Made by a program: the position numbers and the translations under genes. The notes beneath the pieces are model-generated. The model searched no databases. It had not been told where the DNA came from and was given only the letters and a program-made list of their open reading frames with translations. From NCBI RefSeq assembly GCF_009914755.1, contig NC_060931.1: DNA of 64,000 nucleotides. The stretch is one strand, 5' to 3'. Within the stretch, counting starts at the first letter, position 1, and each line of letters begins with the position of its first letter. This stretch comes from the human T2T-CHM13v2.0 reference genome, Homo sapiens. Below, one piece after another: positions 40,245 to 53,690 of the stretch.

Positions 40245-41350
40245 ACCGACGGCAGAGGGATAGACGAATTGACCTTTCCAGGTCCTCTGCTCGCCACCAG
40301 CCTACGGAGCGGCGCCACCCCCTCCTGGCGAGACCGGGCGCGGAAGACGCGGAGCGGAGGCCCTCCCTCAGGAGGGGCGCGGGCGTGGAGGGCGTGGGCA
40401 GGGGGCGGGGCGAGCCCCGCAGACTGAGTGCTCCGGGGAGCTGTCAGTGTCAGGCTCTGGGAGAGAGGAAGTGATCGCTCCCGGAGGAGCGCGAGCCGAG
40501 CGGCCGGCGCAGCGTGAGACAGCACATCCTGCCCGCGCCGGCCCCGCCACCTTCGGGAGCCGCCTGCACCAACGCTGCCGCCGCCCAGGAGCCGCCGCCG
40601 GCTCGGGGAGCCCAGTTCCGCCGCTGCCGAGCGCGTCCAGGTAAACTGGAGCGGGATGTCGCCGCTCCCCGGACGGCCGCCTCCGCACCTCTCCCCAACC
40701 CTCCCCACCCCGGTGTCGTCTGCGCTGGGAACCAGGCTGGAGCCGAGGCCCCTGCAGCCGCAGCCGGACCCTTGTCCTGGCCCCCTGCCCAGGCTCCTGC
40801 GTGCTCCGCTGAGCCCGAAGGCGGCCAAAGCCCCCCAGTGACACCCCCCTCTCGGCAGAGCCGAGAGACTAGGGCAGAGAAGGAAGGGTCGTGGTGTCAC
40901 CACCTGGTCGCCCACCTTGTGGGCTGGGAAGGGCGTCCCAGTGCGCCCCGCCTCGGTCTTCCCCGGGGGAGCAGTGGGCGAGCGGCGCTGAAATCTGCAC
41001 CCCTCTGGGCCACCGGCTGACTGCCCCTGGAGGAGGGGGAAAGCTGCAGAGGGAGGGGAAAGGATGCTGTTTGATTACATTTCGAGCTGTCTGCAAAGCT
41101 CTTAGATGTTGTCACTACCCTGCAAGTCGGAGGGAGCGAATTCACTTCCAGCAGGGCATTAATTAAACACTTCAAAGCGAGAAGATGCCAGTTTCTCTCT
41201 GCTGCGAAAAAGTGTGGCTGGGGGATGTTGTTTTGGTAAACACCTTCACGGCCGCCTGGCTCTCCTTCCCCCGCTCCCATTCGGAATCGCTCTGGCCTTA
41301 TAAATCCGTGCGTCGTCATCATAAGGGCAGTGATCCTGGCAGCGCTGATG
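40245..41350 (+). promoter_or_regulatory. CpG-island promoter
   Basis: The only CpG-dense non-Alu segment in the window; GC box ggggcgggg ~40402-40410; ETS-type ggaagtga 40467-40474. Confidence 0.92.
40467..40640 (+). other. LRRC8B: Non-coding first exon (5'UTR) ending at donor CAG|GTAAAC; tentatively LRRC8B
   Basis: ATG-free GC-rich segment within the island, followed by a good 5' splice site at 40640/40641; no coding exon seen in the next 23 kb. The gene name rests only on recalled 5'UTR sequence; the TSS is approximate. Confidence 0.5.
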
Positions 41351-42874
41351 GGAACTGAGTGTGCGGGAGTCTCATGACTTGTACCTTGGCTAATAAGATT
41401 AAACAGAAGCCCAGGATCAGGACAGGAAATTACATAGGAGATCAGAGACTCAACAACATGCAGAAGATGGAATATATTCGCTATTCTGGCCTCTACTAAT
41501 CCTAGGTAAGGGGCAGGAACAAGTAGCCAGCCATTTTCTTGCTTGGAATGCCTTTCAAGTGGGCATTGTAGACTTATTGTAGTTCAGAGTTGTGAAGAAT
41601 TGCTTCCAAATATTCCAGATTAGCAAAAAGTATAGCTAACAGTAAGGCATAGGCAACTGCAGGTGACAACCCAACGCCTGATGTTAACACAGACATGGGT
41701 AACCAGTCTGTGTACATACTTTAATTGTGGAAATTATAGAGATATACGTTGATCAGTGTTAGTAAATTTGAAAAGGGAATATTCAGTGCAATTTGCAAGC
41801 TGAGGGTACTGGTGAGAATGTAATACTACCTCTAATTATTTAAAATGCCAAGTTTGTTCAAAAAGGTTTGGTGTGGAAAAAGGGGTCCTAACTCAGCTCT
41901 TTTGATCATATTTCTCAATAAAATAAAATCTGAAACACCTGCCACTGAGTTACCACATGTTCTCTTCATAAGAACTAACTCTCGAATATTTGTTTAGGTC
42001 TGAGGATCCAGTGCTCCAAGACCCATTCCTCTTAAAACCTCTAGCACCATCCTTGGGAAGTTTTTAGAATACAGTTGGGGGTCGAATGCAGGCTTTTCCA
42101 GCCTGTCAAGCTCTTAGCCCTGTTTCTGGCCCACAGCATCTCAGCATTTTACTTTGTCTTCCTTGTCTCAGGCCTCAGATACAAATGCACTTGCTTCCTC
42201 CTTCTTTGGACCTCTGAGATGCTGCAGCCGCTGGTACACAGTCCCCTGGAGGAGGAGGGGCTGGCTTGCAGTCCTTCCCCACCCCCAGCCTTTCCTCCCT
42301 CTTTGCTATTGAAAACATGCATGATTGTTTTACTGTTAAAGCTTTAGGTAAATCACCAGTAGGGATATGAGCAGAGAAAATAAACTCGACCCGCAGGAAA
42401 AGGGGCAGAGTTCTTAAAGTAGTGGTCCATGGTCTTCAGTTTCTGACTAACTTCGAAGAGAGTAAGAAGTCACTTGGCATTTCAGTCACCATGTTTTATA
42501 TCTCAGAGAAGGCTCTAGGGTCTTTCTTCCCAATCCCTCTGCTTCCAAAAATACTCCTTCCCGAGTCTACGTTTAATAAATGAGCCTTGCCTTTGATGAC
42601 AGTGCTGAGTCAAGGATCCAGCCTGGGTGCTGCTCTGTCCATAAAAACAGCGATGTAGACCAGTCTTGTAAAATGCATGCCAAATCTGAAATCTAGGTAC
42701 CCCTCTTAGTACAGACAGTGTGCACCGGCTTCATCCTGTTACCGTTTTCTCCAGTTTCTTTGTTGTTTAACGTAGCATCAAATGAAAAGGTCACATGCAT
42801 CTGTTTCAAAATCTGTTTCAAACAAATATATTCCTTCATTACTTTATTCTCCCTACACTTGAAACAAAGATTGA

Positions 42875-43110
42875 TAACAGTAGCTAAAATATATTGAGCA
42901 CTTTACCAGGCATTGCATTTTAAAATACTTTCACAGGTGTTAACTTATTTAAACATCACAAAAATCTTATGAGGCAGATATTGTTTGTAATCCTGTTTTA
43001 CAGATGAGGAAACTAAGACACAAAGGTGTCAAGTAACTTTTGCTCAGCTACTAAATTGAGCAAGGCAGCATTTGAATCAAGGCCTGACTCCAGGCCAGGA
43101 GTTTTAACCT
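42875..43110 (-). mobile_element. MIR
   Basis: ttttacagatgaggaaactaagacac core. Confidence 0.8.
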
Positions 43111-43830
43111 CTCTCTTCCGTACTATGAAACAATTACACTGGTTAATTTTCATATATTGAATACCAAGCTCTTCTCTTATCTCATTTTAATTCTTATATT
43201 AATCCTATGAAGTAGACATTATTATCCATATTTTCCAAATAATTAAATGAGTTAAATGACATACTCAACATCATTTAATAAATGGCAGAGGTAGGATTCA
43301 AATGAGATCTCTCCAAAGACTCTAAAACTAGGACCCATCCATTTTGGCTATTGTGCTGTGTGAGAGACAAAAAAGCGAGTGTATGTCTGTATCTTTCAGG
43401 TTTGCTCTCCAATTTCAGTGTGATCCATTGTTATTTTCTTAAAGCCACAAGTATAGCCGCACTTTTTGCCAGTTGATTGGTAACTGTGAATAATATATGC
43501 ACACTCAAAGTAGACCCATGGCCCCTTAAAATAAATTATGGCATTGTTTTTGTCTCCTTAATGAAAGTAGCTGTTATACTTTGTGGATCTCAAATGCTGT
43601 GTAAATAGTTGCTACCTTAATCAGGGATCTCTTTTACTAGAAATCTTTGTGGCTTCTGCATCCCCTAGAGCATGTGAGAACATATATTCTCCTGGGAACT
43701 GTGCTGGAACTAGGAACTTCTAGAGTTGACTTTTTTGTTTTGAGAGTTAACTCAAATTAATTCAACTCTCATTTTTCTTCTTTGCAATGTATAAACCCTT
43801 GACGAGGTCCATGTAAAAGTTATTCCTCTT

Positions 43831-44073
<243 letters not shown>

Positions 44074-44689
44074 TTATTCCTCTTGACAGAGACTTTTCAT
44101 CAATATCCTGGACTTGTGTTCCTTGATTCCTCTCTGAGTGAGGCCTGGCCCCAGAATCTCAGAGTGAAGTTTCCATCGTAACATAGATACCTCTGCCTAG
44201 GTGCTAATCCTCATGAGCTCACATATTCATAAAACATCCTTGATTCTTTGTTGGAGGAACCTTCTTAAACAAAAACCCATAGATACTGTAAAAGGGAGGC
44301 ATACGAATGGTTTTCAGATGGTCATTGAACCCACTAAAATTGAGGCAAATTTTCATGCATTTGTGCATAAATGTAGTTTTCTAGGGAAAAAATGGGGATA
44401 TTGCTAACTAAAAATACAGGAAGAATCACTGGTTTACATATGCTGTTTAAAAAAGGGGAGAGGAGCAGAGGTCACTCTGCTGAAATGTATCGAAGACAAA
44501 GCCAAGCTATCCTACCAGTGGCAGGCAAAAATAAAATGTTCTTGGCTATCAGGACATTTTTGTGGCATTTCACCAGGAGTCCAGGTGGCAGGTATAGCAA
44601 ACATCAACTGACACTGAGTCAGGCCTGCAACTGAGTCAGGCCTCCAGGCGTGGCAGGCAGTCCTAGCTTGGCTTGTCATTCATTGAGAA

Positions 44690-44920
44690 TCTCCCCTGTG
44701 CATAATCAGTGCTTTATAGATGTGTTAGTTCATTGAATCATCCCAACATCCCTGTAAGGTGGACATTTTTCTCTTTCTTTGACAAACAAGGAGATGCTTG
44801 GAGGGATTAAGTCACTTGGTCAAGGCCATATGGAGCCAGATAGTGGAAGGGCTGGATTTGAAATGCAGGTGGGCCTGATTCCAAAGTCTGTTTCTTCTCT
44901 TCCTACCATAGCTCATAGTT
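44690..44920 (-). mobile_element. MIR
   Basis: atcccaacatccctgtaaggtgg...attaagtcacttggtcaaggcca...ctggatttgaa. Confidence 0.65.
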
Positions 44921-46509
44921 TCTCTGCCTGTGTGGGACACCAAAAAAAGTATTGTTTAGTGTAGCTTTTTATTGTGGCAGGACTAAGAGTCCCTCAAGAA
45001 ATATGTTCACACACTGATAGGAAAAGCCTAAAATATTATCAAAGGAACAACAACAAGTTGTATGTCTCCCAGAGTGGCAGAAGAAAAGCAAGCCCTGCTT
45101 TAACTTAAGGTGAGTTGAAACTCCACACTTTTGCTTCCCCCATCGCCAGGTGTCTTGCCGAGTACCAAATGCACAGCAGCCCCCACCTAACACAGCCTGA
45201 AAACTATCTTGCAGGGGTAACTGTAAATCAAAACTTTATTCACTGCAAAGATGAATTTACTTTAAGGCTGTTCTGTCCTCTGAGGCTTCCCTGATACAGC
45301 AGCTGTGTCATGATCCGGAACACTGACTTGCTTCTAAATCCTGGGAGGGGCACTACTTACCAGATGACTTACGTGCTCTTTAGTTTTCAGTTCATACTGG
45401 TCTTGAAATCCTCTTTAGCAGCTGTTCTTGCTTCCAAATTATTATTTAAGCGCTAACAGTTTTCCGCTTACCTATATTCTTGCTATGATCGCATAGAACA
45501 ACCCACTGTTTCATTTTGGGGGTTCAGAACAGCTAATGTCATCAATGTGGCAAACACACAAAGCAGAAATTTCGGTCAGAGTTGAGGGTATTCATAATAA
45601 AAATAATGAATCTCAAGCACTATAGAGGACGATTGTACTTGATCAACAGACCTGCCTGGTAACCGTTCCAGTGTGCTTCATTATGCTTTAACTCAGTGCT
45701 CTTCCAACATTTTTTTTTCTCTTTTATAATCCCTCAAGAATTTTTTAAAAATTCTGCAGCTCCATCACCTCCACACATTTAAGGTTATATCTAATGCTTT
45801 TCATCATAAATTTATAGAATCACAATTAATGTGATTTTCAGAATGTTGTAAACTTTGACAGTTAAAAATAAAACCGTGACATCATTCTTTGAATCCAATT
45901 AAAATCTAAATACCAACTTCAATTTAAAATGTATGTGAAGAAGCTCTTTTCACAAAGGGATGTTTTTATATCTTGCAGTTAAGCACCACAGTAAAATTTG
46001 GGATTTCTTGGGGTTTTGTTTGTTTGTTTAGTTTATATTTGTCTTTAACCTTATATGGCAGAAGGCATTTTGTGAAAATGGAGATGGAAAAAGGGGCCCC
46101 GAATAATTCTACAACCACAGGCACATTCTCCGGTAGATAGTTTTAGGAAAACATACAGGCAAAAGCTGCGGATCTGGAAATTAATGCCATTAACTTTTCC
46201 CTTGCCTGCAGGCTCTTTAGAAAGCCACTGTGGAGGCCAGGGGTATGCAAATGCCAGTTTGAAGATTGCACATTTATCTAGCACAGGTGCTGTGTGTTAT
46301 GGGTCAGTGTGGCACAGCTACTGGCAGTCAGGCCCATTGCCTTTTGTGTATGGGACTCAAATTAGAGGTGAGTAGGGCCAGAAGGAGCTGCACAGAGGCT
46401 GGTCCCATTTTCTGCTCTCAAGTAGTGGTGACTGGGAATAGCTGTCTTTTATCTTTCTTCTATTTAATGATTTTCAGTACAAGATGGGCTAATTCCAGTG
46501 CTTTCTTTT

Positions 46510-46830
46510 CTTTTTAGTTTTATTTATTTATTTATTTATTTATTTACAAACAGGGTCTTACTCTGTTGCTTAGGCTGGAGAGCAGTGGCATGATCATAAC
46601 TCACTGCAACTCCAACTCCTGGGCTCAAGCAGTTCTCCCAACTCATCCTTCCAAGTAACTGGGACTACAGGCATGTCCCACCACACCAGCTAGTTAAAAA
46701 ATTTTTTTTTTCATAGGGATGGAGTCTTGCTGTGTTGCCCAGGCTGGTCTTGAACTTGTGGCTTCCAGCAGTCCTTCTGCCTCAGCCTCCTAAGTGTTGG
46801 GATTACAGGTGTGAGCCATTGCACCTGACC
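46510..46830 (-). mobile_element. AluJ with (TTTA)n tail
   Basis: catgatcataactcactgcaactccaactcctgggctcaagc. Confidence 0.88.
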
Positions 46831-46847
46831 CCAGCAAGTTTTTAGAT

Positions 46848-47059
46848 CAGTTGTTCTTAGCCAGGAGCAATTGTCTTCTCCAGGGGACATTTGACAATGT
46901 CTGGAGACATTTTTTATTATCTCAATTGGGGAAAAGGGCTGGCATCTAGTGGGTAGAGGTTGGGACTGCTGCTGAACATGCCACAAAGCACAAGACAGCT
47001 TCCACAACAAAGAATTATCTGACCCAAAATGTCAATGATGCCGAAATTATGAAACTCTG
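46848..47059. mobile_element. MER20 (hAT-Charlie)
   Basis: ccaggggacatttgacaatgtctggagacattttt...ggcatctagtgggtagagg; 8-bp TSD-like ttttagat / ctttagaa. Confidence 0.9.
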
Positions 47060-47204
47060 CTTTAGAAGTTCTAGTTTTCTCATTGAAATCTTCCCTGTTT
47101 AAATAATTTAAGTCAATTTTTTTGTCTTTACAAGATAGTAAAAAGCACAACATCTAAGAGCATCTAGGAGGCATGATAAAGTAATGAGAAGAAGAGATCA
47201 GATA

Positions 47205-47345
47205 TCCCACTTACTGACTGTGTGAGCCTCAGTTTCTTCGTCTGTAAAATGGGGAAAATGATGCCTGGCTTGCAAAGTTATTGTGAGGATTGCAGACAAT
47301 CAGTGTACAGGCCCCAGTCATGGTACATGCTAAATACCATAATTC
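47205..47345 (+). mobile_element. MIR
   Basis: gagcctcagtttcttcgtctgtaaaatgggg core. Confidence 0.75.
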
Positions 47346-47592
47346 TTTTTACGATCAAACAGCAATTATGTCACTCTCTAGTTTATCTGGGATGTGTGTG
47401 ATCTTGCCTTCCTTTGAACCAAAGGTATGCTTTGTTTTTTTATAACAAAAAATTGTCTTGATTTGAATTTACTCATTGACGTTCGTCTTTCTCCTAGACT
47501 TTAGGCTCCTTCAGACATCATTGTGTCTTCCAGCAGAGAACCTTACTCATGGTGAATACTCAACAAGCTTTTGTTGACCTGAAATATTAGCC

Positions 47593-47795
47593 AGAATAAA
47601 TCCTACTTAATTTTCCTTTTCTTATAAGACTGAGTTCTTTTTCCCCTTGGAGCATTTTAATGTGTTTAGTAAAAACATTCACTTCCTGAAATGTAGCGCC
47701 CATTTTGTGTCTGTGCCCAAGATGAATGTGTGCTTGGTAATACCTAGAATCCTGGAAGTCTTGCTTTCCTGAATCAGGATCATGCAGAGCATTTC
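47593..47795 (+). repeat. Copy 1 of a ~200-bp diverged direct duplication
   Basis: Aligns end to end with 51795-51994. Confidence 0.85.
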
Positions 47796-48126
47796 TGCTG
47801 GGGGAAGGGGAGTCTTGAGGAGGACAATATTTCATTGAAGAAATGACGGGCAGCATGGTTTGAATCTGGTGTTTTCCTTTTTGAACCCCTTAGGCTAATC
47901 CTTTTCGTCTGGCTTTGGTCTGACACTGTCCGATGAGCAGTCCAGTACATTGGCTTCTTTCTGGTAGAAGGGACATTTTGATTCCTTACCAGGTTTATAT
48001 TTTATTCTAATGTCCAAAGTGAAGCGAAGTAATGAGTATATTTTCATTGAATAAATGAAATATTCATTCATTCTAATGAATAAATGATGACACAATGTTA
48101 TACATCCTTTGCCTACAATCACTTAA

Positions 48127-48443
<317 letters not shown>

Positions 48444-49784
48444 TCACTTTCCCTTTTAGAATACATGCTAGATTGTTTACTCTGACCTGAAATAGTACCC
48501 ATTTCTTTGTCAAGATGAAGACTTCACTAATTGTAATGGAAAGAAGTCCTCTCTTTCTGAATGCAGTTTTAGATCCTACAGCACACCATGTGGAAGTCTT
48601 TAAATGTTTATCAAGTTGTTGAATGTTAAAATGAGCCTGAGTGCAGGGGATGACCCTGAGACTCTGTCTCAGAACCAACTTGTGGAATGTCAGTTGGTGG
48701 GTTTGGATGATGGAAAAGGAAGCAGGCCCTGTGGGGAATGTGTGTTTTGACACAATGTTCCCTTTTAAAACGACCGTGCGTCTACTGTTTCACCATCTGC
48801 CCGTTAGTATCAATATAGCAAGAGGTTGTGGGAATTGGTGTGTATTTTGTGGAAGAAAGAATAACAACAACAACAAAAAAAACCTTCTCTGCCGGCTTCC
48901 TTGAAAAGTGTGACTTTGTTCACTTTCAGAAGGTATAGGTTACAGCTGATTTGGAAAGAGGATCCTCCCTCTTTGAATGCCTTCAGGCTCAGAGGAAAAT
49001 GAGAATCTATTTGGGTAAGTTAAAAATGCCAAACTAAATCTCCCAATGCAAATATGGACCACCCAGGGACACTGTAAAAGGCCAGATTTGGGGTTTTGAA
49101 TATTTACACATTTTCTTGCCTCCTATTTTAAGCTTTTTAATATTTGTCAAATGCTGCTGAAAAGTAATTGGCATATCAAGCAAGGGTGAAATCCCATATC
49201 TTATGCCAGAGAATTTAAAGCCAGGGGAACTGTGCTCATTTTCCTTGAGTATCCCTTGTTTTTAAAAATGAAGAAATGTGAGTTCAAAAAATTCTAAGAC
49301 AATAAATTAGAGACCTTAAAGTAGATAGAAAAGTTGGTTACAAAACTATTGTCGAGGAGGAGGAAGATATACTATCTTTGAGTGCTCCCTTTCCCTGGTA
49401 TAGTCTGCCCTGACTGAGCCATTTTTCTCAGTAAATTGGGCAAAAGTTCATTTTTGACGATGGGTCAGGGTACTGGAAACATCACCCTATAACACTGTCA
49501 ACACCACCGCTACCTTCCCAAATGCTGGAAAGGCAGATCTGGGCAGCACATGGAAAAAGTGTTTTCTAAACTTCCTGGAGGAAAATACAGAAAGTTGCTT
49601 TAACCAGGGCACATGCTCTGGAGACTGTGTGGTTAATAATGACATTTAGTACTTTCTTATTCTTTACACCCTCCTCACGGGGCATTCCATAGCACTTTAA
49701 GATGGGGATGGTAAAGGAGGGGTGCTTGAAGATGTCAACGCTGTCAGGGAAGGTGAAAAGTAACCAGAATTCCGACTCATTGGA

Positions 49785-50152
49785 GTGAATTTGATCAGGC
49801 TAGGCTGTGTCATGATGCAACAAAAAATAACTGCCAACCTCGGTGGACCAACACAACAAAAAAATTTTCTTGGCCACGTTACATGTCCAGTGTGGGTCAA
49901 CAAGGGTCTGTGTTCACCATGTTCACTCAGAGGCCCATGCTGCATGAGGCTTCCTCTTGATATATACTTTTACAATCCCTGTGGTAAATTGCATACTGCA
50001 TATTAAACCTCCTGGAAGTGACATATGACACCTCTACTCATGTTTCATGAGCCAAAAGCAGTTGTGTGGCCATTCCTGACTACAGTGGCATCCTTAAGTG
50101 TAGTCCTATGGGAAGGGAACTGGAATTTTCGTAATAAACTCAAATGACTATG
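49785..50152 (-). mobile_element. MLT1-type MaLR LTR
   Basis: caggctaggctgtgt...; cctggaagtgacatatgacacctctactcat...gagccaaaagcagttgtgtggcc. Confidence 0.65.
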
Positions 50153-50314
50153 GAAGGGAAGGACTTCCATGAAGTCTGCCTATTCCTGCTAATAACTACA
50201 GTCTCTATGGGGCACCCCTAGGGACACTGACTGATATGTAACCACATATGTAGTGGTTTCAGCCACCAACTCTACAAGTTAATTGGGAGAGTTCCCTGAG
50301 CCATTTGTGGGACT

Positions 50315-51041
50315 TGCAATAGAGGTGTTGCTCATTTGCTCAGCCACTGCATGCTCAAACCCTGTATGGGATGGGGAGCATGCAGACAGGCAGGTGCAGG
50401 AGCCAGAATGAGCACTTTTGGGCCCCAGCCCCATGGTAGCATCGAGGGATGCATTGTAATTAATGCTCTTTTAGCAGTTATTGTCCGTAGATGGCTAAGT
50501 ATTAAACCAGCTTGTGCAGAGATAAGGTGACAGCCTTTTAACCCTGTCCTCTTGGTACCTGCATACTTGTCCGGCATCCAGGAAGAATCAGGTCACACAT
50601 GGACTTGAAGGATGGTGAACATAGTGGTTTTATTGAGTGGTGGAGGTTGCTCTCAGTGGGATGAATGGGGAGCTGGAAAGGGGATGGAGTGGGAAGATGA
50701 TCTGCCCCTGGAGTTCAGCCATCCTGTGGCCAGTCAGCTCTCTGACCTTCCCCAGCCGAACTCCTCTCGATGTTCAGATGTCCCTTCTCTTCTATCCTTC
50801 TCTGGTGCTCCTCTCTGCCACTCTGCCACTCTTCTGCTCATGGAGCCTGAGGTTTGGGGTTTTTGTGGGTACAGGATGGGGGCATGGCAGACCAGAGTGG
50901 TTTTAGAAAAGGCGACATTTGGGCATGAAAACAGAAATGCCTGTTCCCATTTAGGGCCGTTGGTTTCCAGGCTTGAGGGTGGAGCGTTTGCTGGGAACCA
51001 CCCTCTTCTACCCAGTATTTCCTTGCCTCCTGTCCATATCA
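50315..51041 (-). mobile_element. ERV1 solo LTR (LTR1/LTR27/MER52 group)
   Basis: Right end reverse-complements to TGATATGGACAGGAGGCAAGGAAATACTGGGTAGAAGAGGG; ttttatt (minus-strand poly(A) signal) ~50629. Confidence 0.8.
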
Positions 51042-51624
51042 CTAACACCTGAATGAATGCCCATTAAAATATAAAATGCATTTGCATGATTTTAGCATCA
51101 TAAGGAATAACAGGTTCCCAGAAAACTGAGCTTACAAATATAAATTTTACTGATAATGAATAAAAGAAATACATATGGGGTGCAAATTAGCTTCCTTCCG
51201 TAGTTGTTCAATTCTAGTCAAGAATATTCATTTAGAACTTATGGAATGCCAGCCATGAGTGAGACTGAGTGCTTGGTGGGCACATGAAAATGAAAAAGTT
51301 ACAGATCGTAGGGGCCAATGTCTAATAGAGGGAAAATAGAATAATTTATTACCTACAATGTGGTTATATGTTATCAGATATCAAATGATTATCACATATG
51401 TTAAAATGGGATAAATGCCTCAGAGATATAACAAAGTACAATGTGGATTCAAAGAAGGGTAGTGATTAATAATTAAGTGAATAATCACTTCTTTCAATTT
51501 GCAGACTGACCAGACATCAGTGTTACACAGACAAAAACATTTCAATTAATGTTTTACCTTCATCCTCCTCTTTTGTTTTTGGACCTGATTTGATAACAGA
51601 AAAAATGTGATTATGGTTAAGAGG

Positions 51625-51795
51625 TAGTATAAAAGCATGACCTCTGGAAATAAGATTCGAAGCTGAGTTTCACCATTTACTAGCTATGCAATCTTGACAA
51701 GTTAACTTTGCTTGCCTGTACCTAATTTTCTTCATCTGTAAAACAGGATTCATAATAATAGTATCTACTTCCTAGTGTTGTGCTGTGGTTTGAAA
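51625..51795 (+). mobile_element. MIR
   Basis: atttactagctatgcaatcttgacaagtt...ttcatctgtaaaacaggat. Confidence 0.75.
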
Positions 51796-51994
51796 GAATA
51801 AATCCCACTTAATTTTCCATTTCTTACAGGATTTAATTTTTTCCCCTTGGATCATTTTGAAATGCTTAGTACAAACATTGACTTCCTGAAATGTACCACG
51901 TCTTGTGTGTCTGGGCCCCAAATGGATGTGGGCTTAGTAATTCCTGGGATTCTGGAAGACTTGCCTTCCTGAATTAGGATCGTGGGAGTGTTTC
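51795..51994 (+). repeat. Copy 2 of the ~200-bp diverged direct duplication
   Basis: Aligns end to end with 47593-47795. Confidence 0.85.
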
Positions 51995-53006
51995 AGGGTC
52001 AGATGTTCAGTCAGTATTTTCCCTGGTCTAGAGAGCTCTAGAGTGTCAATCTGGCTTCTATTCTGATAGATCTGGTAATTCAGGTCTATCGGGGGTACAT
52101 TTCCTAACTCCCCTGTTCCCACCCCAGCACTTCAAAGTCATGTTAAATTAAATTAAAATTTAATGTGGTATAAATGAATTGTGACTGAATCATGGAGGCA
52201 TTCTGCTTGTTTGATTCCAGAATGTTAAAATGTCCATGTGCTTGGGGCCAGTGCCGTAGCAAAGGACTGACGAGCTAGAGTCTGGGTACGATGGAGGGGA
52301 GTCCGTGAAGCTCATCTTGGTAGATGCTCACCTTCTCTCCCCTCTGTTTTTTCTTTGCCTCTCCCACCCACTCCTTGAATGCAAAGTGGGGGCAACTTGA
52401 GGTGATGCTGCAGAGCTTGTGGGCTGTAAACTGGTGAAGGGGTGGGCATGAAGACTCTGTCTTTGGCAAATAGTTATGAGGACACTTACCTGCTGTAGCC
52501 CAAACTTGTTGTGAAAAACAGAGTTAATATCCATGTAATAGAGAACCTTTGATTGGTTCAAGCTGTTCAAAAAATGGGCTGGGCTGTCTGTGAGGTAGGG
52601 AGTTCCCAATGCCTAGGGAAGTTCAAGCATGTCACCTCCTGTGAACATTGTCTGTAAACAGACTTATCAGTGAGAGGTCAGAGAAGCTCTGGTAATTTCT
52701 ACATAATTTTCCTCAAAATTTAAGAATCTCTGATCCTTTGTAATGAGACAGAACTTTGTATTATTCTTTCTTTTGGCCAGGTTCTGCCATTCACTTGGGG
52801 CCAGCATAAACAAGGGGGCAGGTGCCAAATTGGGAAAATGTAACAACTTTTGCCTATTTCCTTTCCCATGGGACTGTTTAAATTGTAACATTCATTCATT
52901 TGTGCCTTCAAAAAACATTTATAAATTCCTCCTGCCAGACAATGGGAATGCTATAGTAACTTCAGGGAGTTTAACAGCCTGTGACAGCCATTAAAAACAA
53001 ATAAGA

Positions 53007-53305
53007 GGTCTGGAGCAGTGGCTCATGCCTGTAATCCCAGGCTGAGGCAGGTAGATTGCTTGAGTTCAGGAGTTCGAGACCAGCCTGGACAACATGGTAA
53101 AACCCCGTCTCTACCAAAAAATACAAAAAATTAGCCAGGCATGGTGGTGCGCATCTGTGGTCCCAGCTACTTAGGAGGCTGAGCTGGGATGATCACTTGA
53201 GTCTGGAAGGCGGAGGTTGCAGTGAGCCAAGATTGCGCCATTGCACTCCAGCCTGGGCGACACAGTGAGACTCTATCTCAAACAAACAAACAAACAAGCA
53301 AAAAC
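53007..53305 (+). mobile_element. Old Alu (J/S), short left-arm deletion, (AAAC)n tail
   Basis: cctgtaatcccag joins gctgaggcagg (cactttggga missing); otherwise a full dimer. Confidence 0.9.
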
Positions 53306-53564
53306 CAAGAAATGTTGCTAACTTAATTCCAACTTGACCAAGCCACCATGCATTTAATGGCTCATTCTTTCACCAAATCCTTTATTCATTCATTCACTCA
53401 GTAATCTCCTAATGTACTCTGACGGTTTTTATAATCTGATCCTCCTTCCCAAAAACAGAGAGTAGACAAATATGCCATTTCAAAGGTATGTGCCAGAAAC
53501 CCCCAATACCATATACATATATATTGTATATAATTAACAAAATCTATGCCTTCATTGCAACTTT

Positions 53565-53637
53565 ATATATATACACTGTTGTATATATATGTGTGTGTAT
53601 GTATATATATATGTGTGTATGTATATATATGTGTGTA

Positions 53638-53690
<53 letters not shown>
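53565..53690. repeat. Compound (TA)n/(TG)n microsatellite
   Basis: Seen directly. Confidence 0.92.

Noticed and set aside
40166-41322. Long overlapping ORFs (up to 243 aa) on both strands of the CpG island
   Set aside because: Low-complexity Gly/Ala/Arg/Pro translations expected from stop-poor GC-rich DNA; no recognisable domain, and they cross the exon-1 donor.
43741-43771. Short inverted repeat tgagagtt...aactctca
   Set aside because: 8-bp arms in AT-rich DNA are compatible with chance; no pre-miRNA-length stem.
45695-46230. Possible hAT-Charlie element (cagtg...cactg ends)
   Set aside because: Too degenerate to assign family or boundaries with confidence.
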